Below are positions 13,530 through 28,100 of a stretch of DNA of 64,000 bases, in pieces (position 1 is the first letter of the stretch; every line of letters starts with the position of its first letter). Where the stretch lies: contig OZ024744.1 in assembly GCA_964016885.1 (NCBI GenBank), positions 3,596,001-3,660,000 of the forward strand. The letters run 5' to 3'. Both the position numbers and the translations under genes were made by a program. Below the pieces are notes generated by a model. It saw only the letters and a program-made list of their open reading frames with translations, searched no databases and was not told the origin of the DNA. The stretch comes from Eledone cirrhosa (Eukaryota).

Positions 13530-16500
13530 CTTGGTGAAGAACGAAGTTTTGGGGGAAGACAAGGTAGAGAAAGATAGCTTGGTGAAGAACGAAGTTTTGA
13601 GGGAAGACAAGGTAGAGAAAGATAGCTTGGTGAATAACGATGTTTTGGGAGAAGACAAGGTAGAGAAAGATAGCTTGGTGAAGAACGACGTTTTGAGGGA
13701 AGACAAGGTAGAGAAAGATAGCTTGGTGAAGAACGAAGTTTTGGGGAAGACAATGTAGAGAAAGATAGCTTGGTGAAGAACGAAGTTTTGGGGGAAGACA
13801 AGGTAGAGAAAGATAGCTTGGTGAAGAACGAAGTTTTGAGGGAAGACAAGGTAGAGAAAGATAGCTTGGTGAATAACGAAGTTTTGGGAGAAGACAAGGT
13901 AGAGAAAGATAGTTGGTGAAGAACGAAGTTTTGAAGGAAGACAAGGCAGAGAAAGATAGCTTGGTGAAGAACGAAGTTTTGAGGGAAGACAAGGTAGAGA
14001 AAGATAGCTTGGTGAAGAACGACGTTTTGTGGGAAGACAAGGTAGAGAAAGATAGCTTGGTGAAGAACGAAGTTTTGGGGGAAGACAAGGTAGAGAAAGA
14101 TAGCTTGGTGAAGAACGAAGTTTTGGGGGAAGACAAGGTAGAGAAAGATAGCTTGGTGAAGAACGAAGTTTTGAGGGAAAACAAGGTAGAGAAAGATAGC
14201 TTGGTGAATAACGAAGTTTTGGGAGGAGACAAGGTGGAGAAAGATAGCTTGGTGAAGAACGAATTTTGAGGGAAGACAAGGTAGAGAAAGATAGCTTGGT
14301 GAAGAACGAAGTTTTGGGGAAGACAATGTAGAGAAAGATAGCTTGGTGAAGAACGAAGTTTTGGGGGAAGACAAGGTAGAGAAAGATAGCTTGGTGAAGA
14401 ACGAAGTTTTGGGGAAGACGATGTAGAGAAAGATAGCTTGGTGAAGAACGAAGTTTTGGGGGAAGACAAGGTAGAGAAAGATAGCTTGGTGAATAACGAA
14501 GTTTTGGGAGAAGACAATGTCGAGAAAGATAGCTTGGTGAAGAACGAAGTTTTGAGGGAAGACAAGGTAGAGAAAGATAGCTTGGTGAAGAACGAAGTTT
14601 TGGGGGAAGACAAGGTAGAGAAAGATAGCTTGGTGAATAACGAAGTTTTGGGAGAAGACAATGTCGAGAAAGATAGCTTGGTGAAGAACGAAGTTTTGAG
14701 GGAAGACAAGGTAGAGAAAGATAGCTTGGTGAAGAACGAAGTTTTGGGGGAAGACAAGGTAGAGAAAGATAGCTTGGTGAAGAACGAAGTTTTGGGGGAA
14801 GACAAGGTAGAGAAAGATAGCTTGGTGAAGAACGAAGTTTTGAGGGAAGACAAGGTAGAGAAAGATAGCTTGGTGAAGAACGACGTTTTGTGGGAAGACA
14901 AGGTAGAGAAAGATAGCTTGGTGAAGAACGAAGTTTTGTGGGAAGTCAAGGTAGAGAAAGATAGCTTGGTGAAGAACGAAGTTTTGGGGGAAGACAAGGT
15001 AGAGAAAGATAGCTTGGTGAAGAACGAAGTTTTGGGGGAAGACAGGGTAGAGAAAGATAGCTTGGTGAACAACGAAGTTTTGGGGGAAGACAAGGTAGAA
15101 AAAGATAGCTTGGTAAAGAACGAAGTTTTGGGGAAAACAATGTAGAGAAAGATAGCTTGGTGAAGAACGAAGTTTTGGGGGAAGACAAGGTAGAGAAAGA
15201 TAGCTGGGTGAAGAACGAAGTTTTGGGGAAGACAATGTAGAGAAAGATAGCTTGGTGAAGAACGAAGTTGTGGGGGAAGACAAGGTAGAGAAAGATAGCT
15301 TGGTGAAGAACGAAGTTTTGGGGGAAGACAAGGTAGAGAAAGATAGCTTGGTGAAGAACGACGTTTTGAGGGAAGACAAGGTAGAGAAAGATAGCTTGGT
15401 GAAGAACGATGTTTTGGGGAAGACACTGTAGAGAAAGATAGCTTGGTGAAGAACGAAGTTTTGAGGGAAGACAAGGTAGAGAAAGATAGCTTGGTGAATA
15501 ACGAAGTTTGGGAGAAGACAAGGTAGAGAAAGATAGTTGGTGAAGAACGAAGTTTTGAGGGAAGACAAGGTAGAGAAAGATAGCTTGGTGAAGAACGACG
15601 TTTTGAGGGAAGACAAGGTAGAGAAAGATAGCTTGGTGAAGAACGACGTTTTGTGGGAAGACAAGGTAGAGAAAGATAGCTTGGTGAAGAACGAAGTTTT
15701 GGGGGAAGACAAGGTAGAGAAAGATAGCTTGGTGAAGAACGAAGTTTTGAGGGAAGACAAGGTAGAGAAAGATAGCTTGGTGAATAACGATGTTTTGGGA
15801 GAAGACAAGGTAGAGAAAGATAGTTGGTGAAGAACGAAGTTTTGAGGGAAGACAAGGTAGAGAAAGATAGCTTGGTGAAGAACGAAGTTTTGGGGGAAGA
15901 CAAGGTAGAGAAAGATAGCTTGGTGAAGAACGAAGTTTTGAGGGAAGACAAGGTAGAGAAAGATAGCTTGGTGAATAACGATGTTTTGGGAGAAGACAAG
16001 GTAGAGAAAGATAGCTTGGTGAAGAACGACGTTTTGAGGGAAGACAAGGTAGAGAAAGATAGCTTGGTGAAGAACGAAGTTTTGGGGAAGACAATGTAGA
16101 GAAAGATAGCTTGGTGAAGAACGAAGTTTTGGGGGAAGACAAGGTAGAGAAAGATAGCTTGGTGAAGAACGAAGTTTTGAGGGAAGACAAGGTAGAGAAA
16201 GATAGCTTGGTGAATAACGAAGTTTTGGGAGAAGACAAGGTAGAGAAAGATAGTTGGTGAAGAACGAAGTTTTGAAGGAAGACAAGGCAGAGAAAGATAG
16301 CTTGGTGAAGAACGAAGTTTTGAGGGAAGACAAGGTAGAGAAAGATAGCTTGGTGAAGAACGACGTTTTGTGGGAAGACAAGGTAGAGAAAGATAGCTTG
16401 GTGAAGAACGAAGTTTTGGGGGAAGACAAGGTAGAGAAAGATAGCTTGGTGAAGAACGAAGTTTTGGGGGAAGACAAGGTAGAGAAAGATAGCTTGGTGA

Positions 16501-18210
16501 AGAACGAAGTTTTGAGGGAAAACAAGGTAGAGAAAGATAGCTTGGTGAATAACGAAGTTTTGGGAGGAGACAAGGTGGAGAAAGATAGCTTGGTGAAGAA
16601 CGAATTTTGAGGGAAGACAAGGTAGAGAAAGATAGCTTGGTGAAGAACGAAGTTTTGGGGAAGACAATGTAGAGAAAGATAGCTTGGTGAAGAACGAAGT
16701 TTTGGGGGAAGACAAGGTAGAGAAAGATAGCTTGGTGAAGAACGAAGTTTTGGGGAAGACGATGTAGAGAAAGATAGCTTGGTGAAGAACGAAGTTTTGG
16801 GGGAAGACAAGGTAGAGAAAGATAGCTTGGTGAATAACGAAGTTTTGGGAGAAGACAATGTCGAGAAAGATAGCTTGGTGAAGAACGAAGTTTTGAGGGA
16901 AGACAAGGTAGAGAAAGATAGCTTGGTGAAGAACGAAGTTTTGGGGGAAGACAAGGTAGAGAAAGATAGCTTGGTGAATAACGAAGTTTTGGGAGAAGAC
17001 AATGTCGAGAAAGATAGCTTGGTGAAGAACGAAGTTTTGAGGGAAGACAAGGTAGAGAAAGATAGCTTGGTGAAGAACGAAGTTTTGGGGGAAGACAAGG
17101 TAGAGAAAGATAGCTTGGTGAAGAACGAAGTTTTGGGGGAAGACAAGGTAGAGAAAGATAGCTTGGTGAAGAACGAAGTTTTGAGGGAAGACAAGGTAGA
17201 GAAAGATAGCTTGGTGAAGAACGACGTTTTGTGGGAAGACAAGGTAGAGAAAGATAGCTTGGTGAAGAACGAAGTTTTGTGGGAAGTCAAGGTAGAGAAA
17301 GATAGCTTGGTGAAGAACGAAGTTTTGGGGGAAGACAAGGTAGAGAAAGATAGCTTGGTGAAGAACGAAGTTTTGGGGGAAGACAGGGTAGAGAAAGATA
17401 GCTTGGTGAACAACGAAGTTTTGGGGGAAGACAAGGTAGAAAAAGATAGCTTGGTAAAGAACGAAGTTTTGGGGAAAACAATGTAGAGAAAGATAGCTTG
17501 GTGAAGAACGAAGTTTTGGGGGAAGACAAGGTAGAGAAAGATAGCTGGGTGAAGAACGAAGTTTTGGGGAAGACAATGTAGAGAAAGATAGCTTGGTGAA
17601 GAACGAAGTTGTGGGGGAAGACAAGGTAGAGAAAGATAGCTTGGTGAAGAACGAAGTTTTGGGGGAAGACAAGGTAGAGAAAGATAGCTTGGTGAAGAAC
17701 GACGTTTTGAGGGAAGACAAGGTAGAGAAAGATAGCTTGGTGAAGAACGATGTTTTGGGGAAGACACTGTAGAGAAAGATAGCTTGGTGAAGAACGAAGT
17801 TTTGAGGGAAGACAAGGTAGAGAAAGATAGCTTGGTGAATAACGAAGTTTGGGAGAAGACAAGGTAGAGAAAGATAGTTGGTGAAGAACGAAGTTTTGAG
17901 GGAAGACAAGGTAGAGAAAGATAGCTTGGTGAAGAACGACGTTTTGAGGGAAGACAAGGTAGAGAAAGATAGCTTGGTGAAGAACGACGTTTTGTGGGAA
18001 GACAAGGTAGAGAAAGATAGCTTGGTGAAGAACGAAGTTTTGGGGGAAGACAAGGTAGAGAAAGATAGCTTGGTGAAGAACGAAGTTTTGAGGGAAGACA
18101 AGGTAGAGAAAGATAGCTTGGTGAATAACGATGTTTTGGGAGAAGACAAGGTAGAGAAAGATAGTTGGTGAAGAACGAAGTTTTGAGGGAAGACAAGGTA
18201 GAGAAAGATA
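13530..18210. repeat. 2341-bp tandem duplication within the array
   Basis: Offsets 13913>16254, 14438>16779 and 15537>17878 equal 2341. Shared rare variants GACAGGGTAG (15041/17382) and GATAGCTGGGTG (~15200/~17541). Boundaries are approximate. Confidence 0.88.
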
Positions 18211-21200
18211 GCTTGGTGAAGAACGACGTTTTGAGGGAAGACAAGGTAGAGAAAGATAGCTTGGTGAAGAACGACGTTTTGTGGGAAGACAAGGTAGAGA
18301 AAGATAGCTTGGTGAAGAACGAAGTTTTGGGGGAAGACAAGGTAGAGAAAGATAGCTTGGTGAAGAACGAAGTTTTGAGGGAAGACAAGGTAGAGAAAGA
18401 TAGCTTGGTGAATAACGATGTTTTGGGAGAAGACAAGGTAGAGAAAGATAGCTTGGTGAAGAACGACGTTTTGAGGGAAGACAAGGTAGAGAAAGATAGC
18501 TTGGTGAACAACGAAGTTTTGGGGGAAGACAAGGTAGAAAAAGATAGCTTGGTAAAGAACGAAGTTTTGGGGAAAACAATGTAGAGAAAGATAGCTTGGT
18601 GAAGAACGAAGTTTTGGGGGAAGACAAGGTAGAGAAAGATAGCTTGGTGAAGAACGAAGTTTTGGGGAAGACAATGTAGAGAAAGATAGCTTGGTGAAGA
18701 ACGAAGTTGTGGGGGAAGACAAGGTAGAGAAAGATAGCTTGGTGAAGAACGAAGTTTTGGGGGAAGACAAGATAGAGAAAGATAGCTTGGTGAAGAACGA
18801 CGTTTTGAGGGAAGACAAGGTAGAGAAAGATAGCTTGGTGAAGAACGATGTTTTGGGGAAGACACTGTAGAGAAAGATAGCTTGGTGAAGAACGAAGTTT
18901 TGAGGGAAGACAAGGTAGAGAAAGATAGCTTGGTGAATAACGAAGTTTGGGAGAAGACAAGGTAGAGAAAGATAGTTGGTGAAGAACGAAGTTTTGAGGG
19001 AAGACAAGGTAGAGAAAGATAGCTTGGTGAAGAACGACGTTTTGAGGGAAGACAAGGTAGAGAAAGATAGCTTGGTGAAGAACGACGTTTTGTGGGAAGA
19101 CAAGGTAGAGAAAGATAGCTTGGTGAAGAACGAAGTTTTGGGGGAAGACAAGGTAGAGAAAGATAGCTTGGTGAAGAACGAAGTTTTGGGGAAGACGATG
19201 TAGAGAAAGATAGCTTGGTGAAGAACGAAGTTTTGGGGGAAGACAAGGTAGAGAAAGATAGCTTGGTGAAGAACGAAGTTTTGAGGGAAGACAAGGTAGA
19301 GAAAGATAGCTTGGTGAATAACGAAGTTTTGGGAGAAGACAAGGTAGAGAAAGATAGCTTGGTGAAGAACGACGTTTTGAGGGAAGACAAGGTAGAGAAA
19401 GATAGCTTGGTGAAGAACGAAGTTTTGGGGAAGACAATGTAGAGAAAGATAGCTTGGTGAAGAACGAAGTTTTGGGGGAAGACAAGGTAGAGAAAGATAG
19501 CTTGGTGAAGAACGAAGTTTTGGGGAAGACGATGTAGAGAAAGATAGCTTGGTGAAGAACGAAGTTTTGGGGGAAGACAAGGTAGAGAAAGATAGCTTGG
19601 TGAATAACGAAGTTTTGGGAGAAGACAATGTCGAGAAAGATAGCTTGGTGAAGAACGAAGTTTTGAGGGAAGACAAGGTAGAGAAAGATAGCTTGGTGAA
19701 GAACGAAGTTTTGGGGGAAGACAAGGTAGAGAAAGATAGCTTGGTGAATAACGAAGTTTTGGGAGAAGACAATGTCGAGAAAGATAGCTTGGTGAAGAAC
19801 GAAGTTTTGAGGGAAGACAAGGTAGAGAAAGATAGCTTGGTGAAGAACGAAGTTTTGGGGGAAGACAAGGTAGAGAAAGATAGCTTGGTGAAGAACGAAG
19901 TTTTGGGGGAAGACAAGGTAGAGAAAGATAGCTTGGTGAAGAACGAAGTTTTGAGGGAAGACAAGGTAGAGAAAGATAGCTTGGTGAAGAACGACGTTTT
20001 GTGGGAAGACAAGGTAGAGAAAGATAGCTTGGTGAAGAACGAAGTTTTGTGGGAAGTCAAGGTAGAGAAAGATAGCTTGGTGAAGAACGAAGTTTTGGGG
20101 GAAGACAAGGTAGAGAAAGATAGCTTGGTGAAGAACGAAGTTTTGGGGGAAGACAAGGTAGAGAAAGATAGCTTGGTGAACAACGAAGTTTTGGGGGAAG
20201 ACAAGGTAGAAAAAGATAGCTTGGTAAAGAACGAAGTTTTGGGGAAAACAATGTAGAGAAAGATAGCTTGGTGAAGAACGAAGTTTTGGGGGAAGACAAG
20301 GTAGAGAAAGATAGCTTGGTGAAGAACGAAGTTTTGGGGAAGACAATGTAGAGAAAGATAGCTTGGTGAAGAACGAAGTTGTGGGGGAAGACAAGGTAGA
20401 GGAAGATAGCTTGGTGAAGAACGAAGTTTTGGGGGAAGACAAGGTAGAGAAAGATAGCTTGGTGAAGAACGACGTTTTGAGGGAAGACAAGGTAGAGAAA
20501 GATAGCTTGGTGAAGAACGATGTTTTGGGGAAGACACTGTAGAGAAAGATAGCTTGGTGAAGAACGAAGTTTTGAGGGAAGACAAGGTAGAGAAAGATAG
20601 CTTGGTGAATAACGAAGTTTGGGAGAAGACAAGGTAGAGAAAGATAGTTGGTGAAGAACGAAGTTTTGAGGGAAGACAAGGTAGAGAAAGATAGCTTGGT
20701 GAAGAACGACGTTTTGAGGGAAGACAAGGTAGAGAAAGATAGCTTGGTGAAGAACGACGTTTTGTGGGAAGACAAGGTAGAGAAAGATAGCTTGGTGAAG
20801 AACGAAGTTTTGGGGGAAGACAAGGTAGAGAAAGATAGCTTGGTGAAGAACGAAGTTTTGAGGGAAGACAAGGTAGAGAAAGATAGCTTGGTGAATAACG
20901 ATGTTTTGGGAGAAGACAAGGTAGAGAAAGATAGCTTGGTGAAGAACGACGTTTTGAGGGAAGACAAGGTAGAGAAAGATAGCTTGGTGAAGAACGAAGT
21001 TTTGGGGAAGACAATGTAGAGAAAGATAGCTTGGTGAAGAACGAAGTTTTGGGGGAAGACAAGGTAGAGAAAGATAGCTTGGTGAAGAACGAAGTTTTGA
21101 GGGAAGACAAGGTAGAGAAAGATAGCTTGGTGAATAACGAAGTTTTGGGAGAAGACAAGGTAGAGAAAGATAGTTGGTGAAGAACGAAGTTTTGAAGGAA

Positions 21201-24200
21201 GACAAGGCAGAGAAAGATAGCTTGGTGAAGAACGAAGTTTTGAGGGAAGACAAGGTAGAGAAAGATAGCTTGGTGAAGAACGACGTTTTGTGGGAAGACA
21301 AGGTAGAGAAAGATAGCTTGGTGAAGAACGAAGTTTTGGGGGAAGACAAGGTAGAGAAAGATAGCTTGGTGAAGAACGAAGTTTTGGGGGAAGACAAGGT
21401 AGAGAAAGATAGCTTGGTGAAGAACGAAGTTTTGAGGGAAAACAAGGTAGAGAAAGATAGCTTGGTGAATAACGAAGTTTTGGGAGGAGACAAGGTGGAG
21501 AAAGATAGCTTGGTGAAGAACGACGTTTTGAGGGAAGACAAGGTAGAGAAAGATAGCTTGGTGAAGAACGACGTTTTGTGGGAAGACAAGGTAGAGAAAG
21601 ATAGCTTGGTGAAGAACGAAGTTTTGGGGGAAGACAAGGTAGAGAAAGATAGCTTGGTGAAGAACGAAGTTTTGAGGGAAGACAAGGTAGAGAAAGATAG
21701 CTTGGTGAATAACGATGTTTTGGGAGAAGACAAGGTAGAGAAAGATAGTTGGTGAAGAACGAAGTTTTGAGGGAAGACAAGGTAGAGAAAGATAGCTTGG
21801 TGAAGAACGACGTTTTGAGGGAAGACAAGGTAGAGAAAGATAGCTTGGTGAAGAACGACGTTTTGTGGGAAGACAAGGTAGAGAAAGATAGCTTGGTGAA
21901 GAACGAAGTTTTGGGGGAAGACAAGGTAGAGAAAGATAGCTTGGTGAAGAACGAAGTTTTGAGGGAAGACAAGGTAGAGAAAGATAGCTTGGTGAATAAC
22001 GATGTTTTGGGAGAAGACAAGGTAGAGAAAGATAGCTTGGTGAAGAACGACGTTTTGAGGGAAGACAAGGTAGAGAAAGATAGCTTGGTGAACAACGAAG
22101 TTTTGGGGGAAGACAAGGTAGAAAAAGATAGCTTGGTAAAGAACGAAGTTTTGGGGAAAACAATGTAGAGAAAGATAGCTTGGTGAAGAACGAAGTTTTG
22201 GGGGAAGACAAGGTAGAGAAAGATAGCTTGGTGAAGAACGAAGTTTTGGGGAAGACAATGTAGAGAAAGATAGCTTGGTGAAGAACGAAGTTGTGGGGGA
22301 AGACAAGGTAGAGAAAGATAGCTTGGTGAAGAACGAAGTTTTGGGGGAAGACAAGATAGAGAAAGATAGCTTGGTGAAGAACGACGTTTTGAGGGAAGAC
22401 AAGGTAGAGAAAGATAGCTTGGTGAAGAACGATGTTTTGGGGAAGACACTGTAGAGAAAGATAGCTTGGTGAAGAACGAAGTTTTGAGGGAAGACAAGGT
22501 AGAGAAAGATAGCTTGGTGAATAACGAAGTTTGGGAGAAGACAAGGTAGAGAAAGATAGTTGGTGAAGAACGAAGTTTTGAGGGAAGACAAGGTAGAGAA
22601 AGATAGCTTGGTGAAGAACGACGTTTTGAGGGAAGACAAGGTAGAGAAAGATAGCTTGGTGAAGAACGACGTTTTGTGGGAAGACAAGGTAGAGAAAGAT
22701 AGCTTGGTGAAGAACGAAGTTTTGGGGGAAGACAAGGTAGAGAAAGATAGCTTGGTGAAGAACGAAGTTTTGGGGAAGACGATGTAGAGAAAGATAGCTT
22801 GGTGAAGAACGAAGTTTTGGGGGAAGACAAGGTAGAGAAAGATAGCTTGGTGAAGAACGAAGTTTTGAGGGAAGACAAGGTAGAGAAAGATAGCTTGGTG
22901 AATAACGAAGTTTTGGGAGAAGACAAGGTAGAGAAAGATAGCTTGGTGAAGAACGACGTTTTGAGGGAAGACAAGGTAGAGAAAGATAGCTTGGTGAAGA
23001 ACGAAGTTTTGGGGAAGACAATGTAGAGAAAGATAGCTTGGTGAAGAACGAAGTTTTGGGGGAAGACAAGGTAGAGAAAGATAGCTTGGTGAAGAACGAA
23101 GTTTTGGGGAAGACGATGTAGAGAAAGATAGCTTGGTGAAGAACGAAGTTTTGGGGGAAGACAAGGTAGAGAAAGATAGCTTGGTGAATAACGAAGTTTT
23201 GGGAGAAGACAATGTCGAGAAAGATAGCTTGGTGAAGAACGAAGTTTTGAGGGAAGACAAGGTAGAGAAAGATAGCTTGGTGAAGAACGAAGTTTTGGGG
23301 GAAGACAAGGTAGAGAAAGATAGCTTGGTGAATAACGAAGTTTTGGGAGAAGACAATGTCGAGAAAGATAGCTTGGTGAAGAACGAAGTTTTGAGGGAAG
23401 ACAAGGTAGAGAAAGATAGCTTGGTGAAGAACGAAGTTTTGGGGGAAGACAAGGTAGAGAAAGATAGCTTGGTGAAGAACGAAGTTTTGGGGGAAGACAA
23501 GGTAGAGAAAGATAGCTTGGTGAAGAACGAAGTTTTGAGGGAAGACAAGGTAGAGAAAGATAGCTTGGTGAAGAACGACGTTTTGTGGGAAGACAAGGTA
23601 GAGAAAGATAGCTTGGTGAAGAACGAAGTTTTGTGGGAAGTCAAGGTAGAGAAAGATAGCTTGGTGAAGAACGAAGTTTTGGGGGAAGACAAGGTAGAGA
23701 AAGATAGCTTGGTGAAGAACGAAGTTTTGGGGGAAGACAAGGTAGAGAAAGATAGCTTGGTGAACAACGAAGTTTTGGGGGAAGACAAGGTAGAAAAAGA
23801 TAGCTTGGTAAAGAACGAAGTTTTGGGGAAAACAATGTAGAGAAAGATAGCTTGGTGAAGAACGAAGTTTTGGGGGAAGACAAGGTAGAGAAAGATAGCT
23901 TGGTGAAGAACGAAGTTTTGGGGAAGACAATGTAGAGAAAGATAGCTTGGTGAAGAACGAAGTTGTGGGGGAAGACAAGGTAGAGGAAGATAGCTTGGTG
24001 AAGAACGAAGTTTTGGGGGAAGACAAGGTAGAGAAAGATAGCTTGGTGAAGAACGACGTTTTGAGGGAAGACAAGGTAGAGAAAGATAGCTTGGTGAAGA
24101 ACGATGTTTTGGGGAAGACACTGTAGAGAAAGATAGCTTGGTGAAGAACGAAGTTTTGAGGGAAGACAAGGTAGAGAAAGATAGCTTGGTGAATAACGAA

Positions 24201-25105
24201 GTTTGGGAGAAGACAAGGTAGAGAAAGATAGTTGGTGAAGAACGAAGTTTTGAGGGAAGACAAGGTAGAGAAAGATAGCTTGGTGAAGAACGACGTTTTG
24301 AGGGAAGACAAGGTAGAGAAAGATAGCTTGGTGAAGAACGACGTTTTGTGGGAAGACAAGGTAGAGAAAGATAGCTTGGTGAAGAACGAAGTTTTGGGGG
24401 AAGACAAGGTAGAGAAAGATAGCTTGGTGAAGAACGAAGTTTTGAGGGAAGACAAGGTAGAGAAAGATAGCTTGGTGAATAACGATGTTTTGGGAGAAGA
24501 CAAGGTAGAGAAAGATAGCTTGGTGAAGAACGACGTTTTGAGGGAAGACAAGGTAGAGAAAGATAGCTTGGTGAAGAACGAAGTTTTGGGGAAGACAATG
24601 TAGAGAAAGATAGCTTGGTGAAGAACGAAGTTTTGGGGGAAGACAAGGTAGAGAAAGATAGCTTGGTGAAGAACGAAGTTTTGAGGGAAGACAAGGTAGA
24701 GAAAGATAGCTTGGTGAATAACGAAGTTTTGGGAGAAGACAAGGTAGAGAAAGATAGTTGGTGAAGAACGAAGTTTTGAAGGAAGACAAGGCAGAGAAAG
24801 ATAGCTTGGTGAAGAACGAAGTTTTGAGGGAAGACAAGGTAGAGAAAGATAGCTTGGTGAAGAACGACGTTTTGTGGGAAGACAAGGTAGAGAAAGATAG
24901 CTTGGTGAAGAACGAAGTTTTGGGGGAAGACAAGGTAGAGAAAGATAGCTTGGTGAAGAACGAAGTTTTGGGGGAAGACAAGGTAGAGAAAGATAGCTTG
25001 GTGAAGAACGAAGTTTTGAGGGAAAACAAGGTAGAGAAAGATAGCTTGGTGAATAACGAAGTTTTGGGAGGAGACAAGGTGGAGAAAGATAGCTTGGTGA
25101 AGAAC
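17930..25105. repeat. 3584-bp tandem duplication within the array
   Basis: Offsets 18165>21749, 18976>22560, 19215>22799, 19549>23133, 20648>24232 and 21174>24758 all equal 3584. A chimeric junction lies near 21510. Confidence 0.9.
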
Positions 25106-28100
25106 GAATTTTGAGGGAAGACAAGGTAGAGAAAGATAGCTTGGTGAAGAACGAAGTTTTGGGGAAGACAATGTAGAGAAAGATAGCTTGGTGAAGAACG
25201 AAGTTTTGGGGGAAGACAAGGTAGAGAAAGATAGCTTGGTGAAGAACGAAGTTTTGGGGAAGACGATGTAGAGAAAGATAGCTTGGTGAAGAACGAAGTT
25301 TTGGGGGAAGACAAGGTAGAGAAAGATAGCTTGGTGAATAACGAAGTTTTGGGAGAAGACAATGTCGAGAAAGATAGCTTGGTGAAGAACGAAGTTTTGA
25401 GGGAAGACAAGGTAGAGAAAGATAGCTTGGTGAAGAACGAAGTTTTGGGGGAAGACAAGGTAGAGAAAGATAGCTTGGTGAATAACGAAGTTTTGGGAGA
25501 AGACAATGTCGAGAAAGATAGCTTGGTGAAGAACGAAGTTTTGAGGGAAGACAAGGTAGAGAAAGATAGCTTGGTGAAGAACGAAGTTTTGGGGGAAGAC
25601 AAGGTAGAGAAAGATAGCTTGGTGAAGAACGAAGTTTTGAGGGAAGACAAGGTAGAGAAAGATAGCTTGGTGAAGAACGACGTTTTGTGGGAAGACAAGG
25701 TAGAGAAAGATAGCTTGGTGAAGAACGAAGTTTTGTGGGAAGTCAAGGTAGAGAAAGATAGCTTGGTGAAGAACGAAGTTTTGGGGGAAGACAAGGTAGA
25801 GAAAGATAGCTTGGTGAAGAACGAAGTTTTGGGGGAAGACAGGGTAGAGAAAGATAGCTTGGTGAACAACGAAGTTTTGGGGGAAGACAAGGTAGAAAAA
25901 GATAGCTTGGTAAAGAACGAAGTTTTGGGGAAAACAATGTAGAGAAAGATAGCTTGGTGAAGAACGAAGTTTTGGGGGAAGACAAGGTAGAGAAAGATAG
26001 CTTGGTGAAGAACGAAGTTTTGGGGAAGACAATGTAGAGAAAGATAGCTTGGTGAAGAACGAAGTTGTGGGGGAAGACAAGGTAGAGAAAGATAGCTTGG
26101 TGAAGAACGAAGTTTTGGGGGAAGACAAGGTAGAGAAAGATAGCTTGGTGAAGAACGACGTTTTGAGGGAAGACAAGGTAGAGAAAGATAGCTTGGTGAA
26201 GAACGATGTTTTGGGGAAGACACTGTAGAGAAAGATAGCTTGGTGAAGAACGAAGTTTTGAGGGAAGACAAGGTAGAGAAAGATAGCTTGGTGAATAACG
26301 AAGTTTGGGAGAAGACAAGGTAGAGAAAGATTGTTGGTGAAGAACGAAGTTTTGAGGGAAGACAAGGTAGAGAAAGATAGCTTGGTGAAGAACGACGTTT
26401 TGAGGGAAGACAAGGTAGAGAAAGATAGCTTGGTGAAGAACGACGTTTTGTGGGAAGACAAGGTAGAGAAAGATAGCTTGGTGAAGAACGAAGTTTTGGG
26501 GGAAGACAAGGTAGAGAAAGATAGCTTGGTGAAGAACGAAGTTTTGAGGGAAGACAAGGTAGAGAAAGATAGCTTGGTGAATAACGATGTTTTGGGAGAA
26601 GACAAGGTAGAGAAAGATAGCTTGGTGAAGAACGACGTTTTGAGGGAAGACAAGGTAGAGAAAGATAGCTTGGTGAAGAACGAAGTTTTGGGGAAGACAA
26701 TGTAGAGAAAGATAGCTTGGTGAAGAACGAAGTTTTGGGGGAAGACAAGGTAGAGAAAGATAGCTTGGTGAAGAACGAAGTTTTGAGGGAAGACAAGGTA
26801 GAGAAAGATAGCTTGGTGAATAACGAAGTTTTGGGAGAAGACAAGGTAGAGAAAGATAGTTGGTGAAGAACGAAGTTTTGAAGGAAGACAAGGCAGAGAA
26901 AGATAGCTTGGTGAAGAACGAAGTTTTGAGGGAAGACAAGGTAGAGAAAGATAGCTTGGTGAAGAACGACGTTTTGTGGGAAGACAAGGTAGAGAAAGAT
27001 AGCTTGGTGAAGAACGAAGTTTTGGGGGAAGACAAGGTAGAGAAAGATAGCTTGGTGAAGAACGAAGTTTTGGGGGAAGACAAGGTAGAGAAAGATAGCT
27101 TGGTGAAGAACGAAGTTTTGAGGGAAAACAAGGTAGAGAAAGATAGCTTGGTGAATAACGAAGTTTTGGGAGGAGACAAGGTGGAGAAAGATAGCTTGGT
27201 GAAGAACGAATTTTGAGGGAAGACAAGGTAGAGAAAGATAGCTTGGTGAAGAACGAAGTTTTGGGGAAGACAATGTAGAGAAAGATAGCTTGGTGAAGAA
27301 CGAAGTTTTGGGGGAAGACAAGGTAGAGAAAGATAGCTTGGTGAAGAACGAAGTTTTGGGGAAGACGATGTAGAGAAAGATAGCTTGGTGAAGAACGAAG
27401 TTTTGGGGGAAGACAAGGTAGAGAAAGATAGCTTGGTGAATAACGAAGTTTTGGGAGAAGACAATGTCGAGAAAGATAGCTTGGTGAAGAACGAAGTTTT
27501 GAGGGAAGACAAGGTAGAGAAAGATAGCTTGGTGAAGAACGAAGTTTTGGGGGAAGACAAGGTAGAGAAAGATAGCTTGGTGAATAACGAAGTTTTGGGA
27601 GAAGACAATGTCGAGAAAGATAGCTTGGTGAAGAACGAAGTTTTGAGGGAAGACAAGGTAGAGAAAGATAGCTTGGTGAAGAACGAAGTTTTGGGGGAAG
27701 ACAAGGTAGAGAAAGATAGCTTGGTGAAGAACGAAGTTTTGGGGGAAGACAAGGTAGAGAAAGATAGCTTGGTGAAGAACGAAGTTTTGAGGGAAGACAA
27801 GGTAGAGAAAGATAGCTTGGTGAAGAACGACGTTTTGTGGGAAGACAAGGTAGAGAAAGATAGCTTGGTGAAGAACGAAGTTTTGTGGGAAGTCAAGGTA
27901 GAGAAAGATAGCTTGGTGAAGAACGAAGTTTTGGGGGAAGACAAGGTAGAGAAAGATAGCTTGGTGAAGAACGAAGTTTTGGGGGAAGACAAGGTAGAGA
28001 AAGATAGCTTGGTGAACAACGAAGTTTTGGGGGAAGACAAGGTAGAAAAAGATAGCTTGGTAAAGAACGAAGTTTTGGGGAAAACAATGTAGAGAAAGAT

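Larger units (their letters stand above)
6820..28090. repeat. Subdomain B: higher-order units marked by paired ACAATGTCGAG monomers (8 blocks)
   Basis: The 'EDNVEK' block starts at 6841, 12288, 14438, 16779, 19549, 23133, 25283 and 27385. The variant is not seen outside this interval. Confidence 0.9.
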
